Positions 8,810 to 15,990 of a DNA stretch of 32,000 nt are shown here, in pieces. The DNA comes from Candidatus Nanosynbacter lyticus (GTDB taxonomy: Bacteria; Patescibacteriota; Saccharimonadia; Saccharimonadales; Saccharimonadaceae), in assembly GCF_030253515.1 (NCBI RefSeq), contig NZ_CP124549.1, positions 570,001 to 602,000 of the forward strand, read 5' to 3'. The notes below the pieces were generated by a model that ran no database searches, had not been told where the DNA came from, and saw only the letters and a list, made by a program, of their open reading frames with translations. The translations under genes were made by a program, and so were the position numbers. Within the stretch, counting starts at the first letter, position 1, and each line of letters begins with the position of its first letter.

Positions 8810-9496
8810 ATGACTCCACAACATACATGTATTCCGCGCGATGTGCAGCTGCAGGCTGCGATGTTCCGCCTCGGTAAGATGGAAGATGAAATCCAGAGCG
8901 GCTACGAAATTCTCCGGAAATATCAGAAAACAGTAACTATCTTTGGTTCGGCGCGCACCGATCCGAATAGTGTCTATTACCATGCCGCGAAAGAAACAGC
9001 TGAACGGCTAGCTAAACTTGGCTACGCCATCGTTTCCGGCGGCGGACACGGCATTATGGGGGCTGCCAATGAAGGCGCCAATAAAGCCGTCCAAGAGGGA
9101 GCGCGGGCTGCTGGCGGCGAGTCGATCGCCTTCAACATCCGGCTGCCGCACGAGCAGGAAGTCAATAAATATGCCACCGAGGTATTCGAGTTTCAGCACT
9201 TTGCGCCGCGGAAGATCGTCATGACTATGTTTGCCAACGCCTATATTTACTTCCCGGGCGGCTTCGGTACGTTGGACGAGCTGGCGGAAATATTGACGCT
9301 GATCCAGACTGAAAAAGCTAACCGTGCACCGGTGATTTTGTTCGACACGGCATTTTGGAGCGATTTGGATGCCTTTTTCCGCAACCATATGTTGGCCGAA
9401 GGAGCTATCATTGAGAAAGACCTGGATATTTATACTATCACCGACAGCGTCGATGAGATCATTGAGCTGGTACAAGCAAATAAGGCCTATTGCTGA
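8810..9496 (+). CDS. LOG family / TIGR00730-type Rossmann protein (nucleotide 5'-monophosphate nucleosidase, formerly called lysine decarboxylase-like)
   Basis: 228 aa with the motifs TIFGSAR, SGGGHGIMGAANEGA and PGGFGTLDELAE. Confidence 0.85.
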   Translation: MTPQHTCIPRDVQLQAAMFRLGKMEDEIQSGYEILRKYQKTVTIFGSARTDPNSVYYHAAKETAERLAKLGYAIVSGGGHGIMGAANEGANKAVQEGARAAGGESIAFNIRLPHEQEVNKYATEVFEFQHFAPRKIVMTMFANAYIYFPGGFGTLDELAEILTLIQTEKANRAPVILFDTAFWSDLDAFFRNHMLAEGAIIEKDLDIYTITDSVDEIIELVQANKAYC

Positions 9497-9513
9497 TCAC
9501 CTATCGTGTCAAT

Positions 9514-10155
9514 TCAGACTTTTTGGGATTTCTTCGGAGTATTTGCGTTTTGCTGGGACTTTTTATGAGGTTTTTTGCTAGCAGATTTTTTAGATTTTAC
9601 AGGCACGGCAGCTGACTTGCGGCGTTTTGGTTTAGCGTCAGCTACCGGTAACTGGAACGGCGACGCGGACTTGACTGGCTCACTGACGGCCGAGGCAACA
9701 TAGCAAATCCCGCCCTCGCAGACGACGCGCTCAACAGTCGGCGTATGGGTACGTGGATGAGCTGAAAAACGACGGGTTATTTCATAGCCAAGCCCGCGCT
9801 TACCAGATTCGATACGATGCTGACCGTATGGTAATTGATGATGATAATTTTCGACGATATCCACCGGATGAAATGAGATGATCTGTCCATCAAAATCCAT
9901 CATCACCCAGTCGCTAGCTCTCGCCCAGGCTGTCTGATCAATCCGCGGCGCAGCAGCCATTAGCGCCTGATACACTTCTCTGCCCGTCGTGTCCGCCGGA
10001 TCAAGCCCAAGCGCACGGATAATTGAATGAGCCCGAGCTAAAATCTCAGTAATCAACCTCACATCGCTATCATCGCCGGCCATTCGTCTGAGCTCGCTCA
10101 CGGCAACTCGTGTCCGCACTGAATCACCCAATAATTTTGTTAAGTTTCTTGACAT
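9514..10155 (-). CDS. Hypothetical protein with a Lys-rich basic C-terminal tail
   Basis: 213 aa with no motif I recognise in the first ~165 aa. The C-terminus is KPKRRKSAAVPVKSKKSASKKPHKKSQQNANTPKKSQKV. The ATG overlaps the stop of the PfkB kinase (TAATG at 10155), so it is the third gene of the aldolase operon. Confidence 0.6.
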   Translation of the reverse strand: MSRNLTKLLGDSVRTRVAVSELRRMAGDDSDVRLITEILARAHSIIRALGLDPADTTGREVYQALMAAAPRIDQTAWARASDWVMMDFDGQIISFHPVDIVENYHHQLPYGQHRIESGKRGLGYEITRRFSAHPRTHTPTVERVVCEGGICYVASAVSEPVKSASPFQLPVADAKPKRRKSAAVPVKSKKSASKKPHKKSQQNANTPKKSQKV

Positions 10156-11117
10156 TAAAACTCCTTTTCGCTTAGTGGCATGGCATGTAGTCGTGCGCCT
10201 TGATGTAAGATACCGGTTTTAGCACCGATATGATTGACGACCGAGCTTGAATTTGCGCTGGCAAATACTACTGCGTCCTTCAGCTGGGCGCCATGAGCCC
10301 ACTGACTCAAAAAGCCACTGGCAAATGCATCACCTGCACCAGTCCGATCAATTGCTGGCACATCCTCATACATCGCCGCTCTGACAATCGTTACGCCATC
10401 AGATACCATCGAGCCATTCACACCGTCTGTTAGCAACACCACCGGCACAAGCTCTTTTGCTCGCCGCACCAGCTGTTCCAGATCATCACCCGGCACTAAC
10501 TGTTGCATCTCTTCTTTATTCAGTGCCAATACCTCCACATCATCCAGCAGTCCCATTAGCTTATCACGCTGTGCTAGCTCTCGCTTGCCTGGATTAAAGC
10601 AAATTTTCATACCAGCTGCTCGCGCCTCACGAAATACCTTATCCAAGACCGTCATCTGACCCGCCAGCGTCGACACATATAGCCAATCAGCCTCAATATC
10701 CGCCACGGTAAAATCAGCCGCGTGATAATGCGTTGATGCGCCGCGATACGTCAAAATTGTCCGTTCACCATTTGGCGCCAATAACAATACCGAGTAGCCC
10801 GTATTGTATTTTTGGGAAAATCGAACATATCGCGTATCAACATTCTCGGCGTCCAGATCATCCAGCACTGCTTGGCCAGCCGGATCACGGCCGACAACGC
10901 CCAAAAACATCACTTCGTGGCCCTGCCTGGCAAAGGTTACCGCGGCATTCGTCGCACCCCCACCTGTCGAAAAATGGATCTGGTTGACGTCGGCCTTGGC
11001 ACCAAGTTCTAACTTAGCAAAACAACGTTCTGGACTGTCGCACACCGGAGCCAAGGCGTCTGACTGGCTTAAAAAAACATCCTGCACACCAGCACCAACA
11101 GTAATAATTCTTGCCAT
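10155..11117 (-). CDS. PfkB-family carbohydrate kinase (ribokinase superfamily; substrate not assignable)
   Basis: 320 aa. It has the N-terminal GG motif (STGGGATNAAV) and PfkB signature 2 (DRTGAGDAFASGF). The start overlaps the aldolase stop (TAATG at 11117). Confidence 0.85.
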   Translation of the reverse strand: MARIITVGAGVQDVFLSQSDALAPVCDSPERCFAKLELGAKADVNQIHFSTGGGATNAAVTFARQGHEVMFLGVVGRDPAGQAVLDDLDAENVDTRYVRFSQKYNTGYSVLLLAPNGERTILTYRGASTHYHAADFTVADIEADWLYVSTLAGQMTVLDKVFREARAAGMKICFNPGKRELAQRDKLMGLLDDVEVLALNKEEMQQLVPGDDLEQLVRRAKELVPVVLLTDGVNGSMVSDGVTIVRAAMYEDVPAIDRTGAGDAFASGFLSQWAHGAQLKDAVVFASANSSSVVNHIGAKTGILHQGARLHAMPLSEKEF

Positions 11118-12028
11118 TACACCACCGCCTTTCCGGCTGAACCGAAGGCCTGAATTTTCGTCTCAACCACCTCCTGAACGGCCATGTACACTGGTGGCAT
11201 TAGTTTGACGATGGCGTATTCATTCGGGTTTTCGCGCAAGATCCTTTCCAGCGTCGTGCGGAAAGCGTAGCGCATGTCGGAATTAATGTTAATTTTAGAA
11301 ACACCAATTTTTGCCGCCTCCTCAAAATAATGCAGTGGTGTGCCCGACCCGCCGTGAAGCGAAATCTGGCAATGAAGTGCTTCGCGGATGCGCCCTAATA
11401 ATTCCAAATCCAGGACTTTCGGCACCGGATACAACCCATGCAAATTACCAATCGCCGCCGCAAAAGTGTCAATTCCCGTCGCCTCTACGAAATCACGCGC
11501 GCCTTCTGGCGTGGAAAAGGTTTTCTTAATTTCTTCATAGTCAATCGCCTCGGTATGGACGTTTGACGAACCCCAAAAATAGTGCGGCTCCGACTCCACC
11601 AACGCGCCGGTGAACTTGGCATACTCGACAACCTCACGGGTTTTGGCAATGATTTCCTCATCCGAAGCATCGTGATTTGCCTGGGAGATGTCTATATGCA
11701 CAAACTCATAGCCCGCGTCAATCGCCCGCTTGCAACCCTCGACCGTTGGCCCGTGATCCAAATTAAGATACATCTCAATGCCGTATTCTGCCTTATAATT
11801 ATCCACCAAATCGCGCACATTCTCCAGACCCATGGCCTTGACCTCGGCGTCTGATACTTCCACCAGCACTGGCGACTGGAGCTTCTGCGCCGCCCGTGCC
11901 ACCGCGATCAGCGTTTCTTGATTATCAATATTAAACGCCCCGACCGCAAAGTGCTGCGCCCGTGTCCGCTGCATCAGATGGCGCGCATGCGTGGTATTAC
12001 GCCGAATGTCAGAAATTGTCAGTCCCAT
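11117..12028 (-). CDS. fba: Class II fructose/tagatose-bisphosphate aldolase
   Basis: 303 aa with FAVGAFNIDNQE, LNLDHGP, HIDIS and SLHGGSG, a motif pattern typical of class II (metal-dependent) FBA/TBP aldolases. Confidence 0.88.
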   Translation of the reverse strand: MGLTISDIRRNTTHARHLMQRTRAQHFAVGAFNIDNQETLIAVARAAQKLQSPVLVEVSDAEVKAMGLENVRDLVDNYKAEYGIEMYLNLDHGPTVEGCKRAIDAGYEFVHIDISQANHDASDEEIIAKTREVVEYAKFTGALVESEPHYFWGSSNVHTEAIDYEEIKKTFSTPEGARDFVEATGIDTFAAAIGNLHGLYPVPKVLDLELLGRIREALHCQISLHGGSGTPLHYFEEAAKIGVSKININSDMRYAFRTTLERILRENPNEYAIVKLMPPVYMAVQEVVETKIQAFGSAGKAVV

Positions 12029-12060
12029 ATACCCTTTTATCCCTTATGCTACTTATGGTT

Positions 12061-12069
12061 ATTATAGCA
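12061..12069 (-). promoter_or_regulatory. Extended -10 promoter (TGcTATAAT) for the fba-pfkB operon, here with a leader of about 25-32 nt
   Basis: The minus strand reads gcTGcTATAAT, followed by 32 nt and then the ATG at 12028. A weak AAGGG lies 4 nt before the ATG. Confidence 0.4.
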
Positions 12070-12291
12070 GCGGTGACGGAAAATGAAAAGAGGCGAAGGG
12101 GTTTTACGATTTATTTTTGTACAGTTTTCGTCAAAATGCTGGCCTTGATTTTTTGGCTCATCATGGGGTCAATCCTGATGAGGGAGCTTGGTATTTTTAC
12201 TTATGCAGCATCATAGGAGATCGCGACACTCGTGACAATTTCCTGTATAGCTCTGTGGACGCTTGAGAAATTCCCTGACGTCTGCGCAAGC

Positions 12292-13254
12292 CTAAATAAA
12301 TGACAGGTCATCTTTTACGTGTCGGACAACTGCTTCGACATCTAGTCCATGCTTTTGCCATAATTCAACTACCGAGCCGCTTTCGCCGAACTGGTCGCGG
12401 ACGCCGATACGCTTTATTTTGACTGGCAATTTTTCACTAAGCACTTCCGCCACCGTGCTACCAAATCCGCCGGCAATTTGCCCTTCTTCTGCCGTCACCA
12501 CACGGCCGCATTTTTGGGCGGCGGCGATGACCGCTGCTTCGTCCAGCGGCTTAATAGTGTTAAAATGCACGACTTCTGCCTGAACGCCGGCGTACGCCAA
12601 TTGTTCTGCCGCCATGAGGAGTTGATACGTCATCGTGCCAGTACCTAGTAACGCTACATCTTTACCCTGCCGCAGTACGGACGCTCGGCCAATGGCCACC
12701 TCACCATCCAAAAACAGCGGCATGTCAGCTCGCGGCAATCGCACATAATTTGGCCGCGGATCAGCCGCCATCGCCGCTGCCATCATTTCGGCCTCGTAGG
12801 CATCACCTGGTGCCAAGGCCACCATGTTTGGCAGACTCCGCATCAGCGCGATGTCCTCCAGCATTTGGTGCGTCGCGCCGTCCGCACCGACATTCAGCCC
12901 GGCATGTGAACCGACCAGCTTGACCGGCTGGTTATTCAGGCAAATCGTCGTCCGAATTTGTTCCCAATTACGCCCCGGACTGAACGCCGCGTAGCTAGCC
13001 GCAAACGGGATATTACCCATGGCTGCTAGCCCCGACGCTACTGTCACCAGATTTTGCTCTGCCACACCAACCTCAATGAACCGCGGCGCACCGATTCGCT
13101 CAGCAAATTCGCCAAAGCCAACACTTTCTGCCAAGTCAGCGCTTAGCGCCACAACTTGACTATTGTTCATTGCTGTGTGAACTAACCCATGGCCAAAACT
13201 AAGCCGCATCGACGCGGTATTTCCCGCGCGCCAATCATCCCGCAACATGCTCAT
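12292..13254 (-). CDS. Transketolase, C-terminal (pyrimidine-binding plus C-terminal domain) subunit
   Basis: 320 aa with the motifs GVAEQNLVTVASGLA and GATHQMLEDIALMRSLPNM. The start overlaps the stop of the N-terminal subunit (ATGA at 13251-13254). Confidence 0.9.
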   Translation of the reverse strand: MSMLRDDWRAGNTASMRLSFGHGLVHTAMNNSQVVALSADLAESVGFGEFAERIGAPRFIEVGVAEQNLVTVASGLAAMGNIPFAASYAAFSPGRNWEQIRTTICLNNQPVKLVGSHAGLNVGADGATHQMLEDIALMRSLPNMVALAPGDAYEAEMMAAAMAADPRPNYVRLPRADMPLFLDGEVAIGRASVLRQGKDVALLGTGTMTYQLLMAAEQLAYAGVQAEVVHFNTIKPLDEAAVIAAAQKCGRVVTAEEGQIAGGFGSTVAEVLSEKLPVKIKRIGVRDQFGESGSVVELWQKHGLDVEAVVRHVKDDLSFI

Positions 13255-14111
13255 ACGCCCATCCCTTCTTCCGGCTGTTTCTTAGCCAGTAAACCCAATT
13301 GTGTCAGCGCCGCAGCGGCTTGCTCAGCATTCGGCGCCTTGCCGTGCCACCGATAATCACCCTCCATAAAATCAACGCTGCGCCCGGGTATCGTATGCGC
13401 GATGATAATACTCGGCTGCTCGCGTACTGCCTGCGCCGATTCAACCGCCGCGATAATTTGCGCCATATCATGCCCGTCAATTTCCTGCACCTGCCAGCCG
13501 AAACCGCGCCATTTCTCACCCAAATCATTCAGCGGCATGACTTTTTCTGTATCGCCGCCAATTTGAATAGTATTACGATCAACAATACTGATTAGCCGGC
13601 CTAATTTATACTTGGCTGCAAACATCGCCGCCTCCCAAATATTGCCTTCGTTAAGTTCACCGTCACCTAAACTACAATATACAAGGCGCTCCGAATTCTG
13701 CAAATACTGCAAATGATACGCCATACCGACAGCCTGGCTGAGACCGCAGCCTAGCGGCCCGCTGGTCGTCTCTAGCCCTGGTAATTTTACCCGCTCCGGA
13801 TGCCCTTGTAGCCGCGAGCCAAACTGCCGCAAACTCATTAACTCTGATTCCGATAAAAATCCGCGCATCGCCATCGCTGCGTATAGCAGCGGCGCATAAT
13901 GGCCGTTACTCATGACGAACAGATCGCGATCAGGCCAATCCGGCTCTTCTGGCCGCAATCTAAGCATCCGAAAATACAGCACCGCCATCACATCAGCAAA
14001 CCCCAGCGGTCCCGCCACATGACCGCTGCCGGCAGCTGCTACTTGACGAATAACCAACTGTCGTAGTTCTCGCGCCTTCTCTTCCAGCCGGCCAATCGTA
14101 AGTTCGCTCAT
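13251..14111 (-). CDS. Transketolase, N-terminal (TPP-binding) subunit
   Basis: 286 aa with SGHVAGPLGFADV and the TPP motif GDGELNEGNIWEA. This is the split-gene transketolase arrangement. Confidence 0.9.
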   Translation of the reverse strand: MSELTIGRLEEKARELRQLVIRQVAAAGSGHVAGPLGFADVMAVLYFRMLRLRPEEPDWPDRDLFVMSNGHYAPLLYAAMAMRGFLSESELMSLRQFGSRLQGHPERVKLPGLETTSGPLGCGLSQAVGMAYHLQYLQNSERLVYCSLGDGELNEGNIWEAAMFAAKYKLGRLISIVDRNTIQIGGDTEKVMPLNDLGEKWRGFGWQVQEIDGHDMAQIIAAVESAQAVREQPSIIIAHTIPGRSVDFMEGDYRWHGKAPNAEQAAAALTQLGLLAKKQPEEGMGV

Positions 14112-14117
14112 AGCAAA

Positions 14118-14768
14118 CTACCCGAGCACACCCGTCTTGCTAATTTCCTGCTGGAGTTTAGCGAACATTGCTGGTGGATCAGTTGCTTTTTGGATTGTCC
14201 CGCCAACGTTCAGGACGTTCACGCCGCCCTGAACAAGGCTATAAGCATTGTCAACCATCACACCACCATCCCAACCAATTTCAACATTCGGATTAATCAT
14301 CTTGACGAGCCGAATTTTTTCCAGCTGCATCAGGCTGGCTGTTCCGCCAAACTTACCTAGCTCACCGCTGAAAATCAGGACATGCTCTGCCTCTTTGATA
14401 AGCTCTTCGACGGTTTGCGGCACTGTTGGCCTCAGTAGTGCTAGCCCAGCCATAATACCCGAGCGCTTAATTTCTTTGAGCGCCCCCAACACGTCGCCTT
14501 CGGCCTCGGCATGAATAATAATCAAGTGCGGCCTCAGCGTGATCAACTTCGGCACATACTCATCCAGTTTGTTCACCATGGCATGAATATCAATCGTCCA
14601 ACCTTCTGGTGCCCATAACTCTGGAATACCAACCGTAACGGTTGGCGCAAATTCACCATCAGTCAAATCGATATGCACCCGCTCAGCAAAGCCAGTAATT
14701 CTATCAACTTGCTCTTTGTATTGCTGGGCATTTTCTGCCAAAATTGCCGGGGCGATAACACTACTCAT
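14118..14768 (-). CDS. rpe: Ribulose-phosphate 3-epimerase-like TIM-barrel protein (divergent)
   Basis: 216 aa with IAPAILA, RVHIDLTDGEFAP, IDIHAM and IGWDGGV, matching the positions of the Rpe metal and catalytic H/D residues. The overall sequence is divergent. Its position between rpiB and transketolase supports the call. Confidence 0.7.
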   Translation of the reverse strand: MSSVIAPAILAENAQQYKEQVDRITGFAERVHIDLTDGEFAPTVTVGIPELWAPEGWTIDIHAMVNKLDEYVPKLITLRPHLIIIHAEAEGDVLGALKEIKRSGIMAGLALLRPTVPQTVEELIKEAEHVLIFSGELGKFGGTASLMQLEKIRLVKMINPNVEIGWDGGVMVDNAYSLVQGGVNVLNVGGTIQKATDPPAMFAKLQQEISKTGVLG

Positions 14769-15217
14769 ACGATTTCATCCAGTTGCGCATTGCGCCGATT
14801 ATACCGCGGAGCATCCGCGTATGCAGTATTGAGCCACGTTTCAACAATACCCTTCCAGGCAGCTTCGTCGTCCTCGAGGACCCTAGCCGGCAGACACAGT
14901 ACATTCGAATTATTGTCACGCCGCGTCATCCTCGCTTCATGTGCATCCCAAATAACACTGGCGCGGATCCCCTTAAAACGATTCGCCGCCATACACATAC
15001 CCTGACCGCCGCCGCAAATTAAAATTGCCCGTGGCTCATCCTCGCCATCACCAATCACTCGCAGCGCTGCCGCTGCCGCAAACTGCGGAAAGTCGTCATC
15101 GGGATTGAGCTCACGACCACCAACATCCTCGACTACGTAGCCATTCTTCGCCAAATACGCAAATACTTTTTCTTTCAATGCAAACCCGCGATGATCTGAA
15201 CCAAGATAAATCTTCAT
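14765..15217 (-). CDS. rpiB: Ribose-5-phosphate isomerase B
   Basis: The sequence MKIYLGSDHRGFALKEKV...ILICGGGQGMCMAANRFKGIRA fits the RpiB/LacAB family. The ORF track starts at 15256. I use the ATG at 15217, which is the conserved family N-terminus and sits 6 nt downstream of a -10 box. The stop overlaps the rpe start (ATGA). Confidence 0.88.
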   Translation of the reverse strand: MKIYLGSDHRGFALKEKVFAYLAKNGYVVEDVGGRELNPDDDFPQFAAAAALRVIGDGEDEPRAILICGGGQGMCMAANRFKGIRASVIWDAHEARMTRRDNNSNVLCLPARVLEDDEAAWKGIVETWLNTAYADAPRYNRRNAQLDEIV

Positions 15218-15223
15218 GGGTTT

Positions 15224-15252
15224 AGTATAAGCGGTTTGGGCGATATTTGCAA
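15224..15252 (-). promoter_or_regulatory. Promoter of the pentose-phosphate operon: TTGCAA, 17 nt, TATACT, 6 nt, ATG (predicted leaderless)
   Basis: The minus strand reads TTGCAAatatcgcccaaaccgctTATACTaaacccATG. There is no SD between the box and the ATG. Confidence 0.5.
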
Positions 15253-15280
15253 CCAATCAAGTCCTTGGAAGCTCAACTCA

Positions 15281-15970
15281 TCACGTCGAGCCGCAGCCGG
15301 CCAACACCTTGCCCATCGCCTCTTTTTCTGCATTTGTTACCCACAGACGATATTTACGCTTGATGGCTACCTGCCGTTCAATGTACTGGCAGCGAAACGG
15401 TTTATTGGGAGGTAGCCAGGTCGCGGCATCACCATCGCCTTTGGCTTGGTTGGCCGGACCATCAGCGGCCAACAGATTTAGCGGGTCGTTTGCCAATTTT
15501 TCTCGTTCCTCACGGGGTAATTGCTGTGCACCTTTCTGCCACGCATCACTTAACGCCACCACGTGATCAATTTGTACTTTCGACGAGGTCTCTGGCCCGC
15601 GCTGAAACTTGATCATCCGGCCGGTATACGGGTCACGTAGCGTCCCGGCCAACACGCGACATCTATCATCAATTTTTGTTTCCGTTAGATCCCGCGCCAA
15701 AATCACTTCGCGCACCGAACAGCCGCTCATTTTACCCCAACCATCACTAAATTGTTTGCGGCTATAGCCTGTTTTGGGTGCGCGACCTTTAACCTCTAGT
15801 TTAGCTAACTCCGCCTGGGCGTTTGAGTCACCAAACAATTGCTGCTGCATAGACGGCGAAGTCGGTGTAACCCGCGGCTGCTGCAGTTGCACCGCCCACA
15901 CTACTGCACCCACCGCCGCCATGACAAGCAGTACCATTATCTGCCGCTGTCTAATTTTCCTCGTCACCAT
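15281..15970 (-). CDS. Membrane-anchored or secreted DUF1524-type HNH-family nuclease
   Basis: From the first ATG (15970) the protein reads MVTRKIRQRQIMVLLVMAAVGAVVWAV (signal-anchor), then GYSRKQFSDGWGKMSGCSVREVILARDL...LRDPYTGRMIKF...VQIDHVVALSDAWQKGAQQL...NLLAADGPANQAKGDGDAATWLPPN...CQY. This is the pattern I know from actinobacterial secreted DUF1524 (GmrSD C-terminal-like) nucleases. The longer track ORF starts at a GTG at 16006 inside pepN. Confidence 0.8.
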   Translation of the reverse strand: MVTRKIRQRQIMVLLVMAAVGAVVWAVQLQQPRVTPTSPSMQQQLFGDSNAQAELAKLEVKGRAPKTGYSRKQFSDGWGKMSGCSVREVILARDLTETKIDDRCRVLAGTLRDPYTGRMIKFQRGPETSSKVQIDHVVALSDAWQKGAQQLPREEREKLANDPLNLLAADGPANQAKGDGDAATWLPPNKPFRCQYIERQVAIKRKYRLWVTNAEKEAMGKVLAGCGST

Positions 15971-15976
15971 ATCTAT

Positions 15977-15984
15977 ATTATAAT
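15977..15984. promoter_or_regulatory. Palindromic ATTATAAT core giving a TATAAT -10 box on both strands, each exactly 6 nt from a divergent ATG
   Basis: The 20-bp intergenic region 15971-15990 is atctatATTATAATgaaagt. On the plus strand, TATAAT at 15979-15984 lies 6 nt before the ATG at 15991 (pepN). On the minus strand, TATAAT at 15982-15977 lies 6 nt before the ATG at 15970 (nuclease). Confidence 0.5.
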
Positions 15985-15990
15985 GAAAGT

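Noticed and set aside
12158-12190. A CTGATGAG string (hammerhead ribozyme core-like) and a GGTCAATCC string (tRNA T-loop-like) in the tkt/fba spacer.
   Set aside because: No GAAA element, cleavage-site helix or three-stem junction can be built around the CUGAUGAG. No acceptor, D or anticodon arms accompany the T-loop-like string. The simplest reading is an isolated 7-bp hairpin.
11962-12216. An 84-aa plus-strand ORF from the track.
   Set aside because: Its first third overlaps the 5' end of fba on the opposite strand, it has no SD or promoter, and its composition differs from real genes here. Only the internal 56-codon portion is kept, as a low-priority question in the findings.
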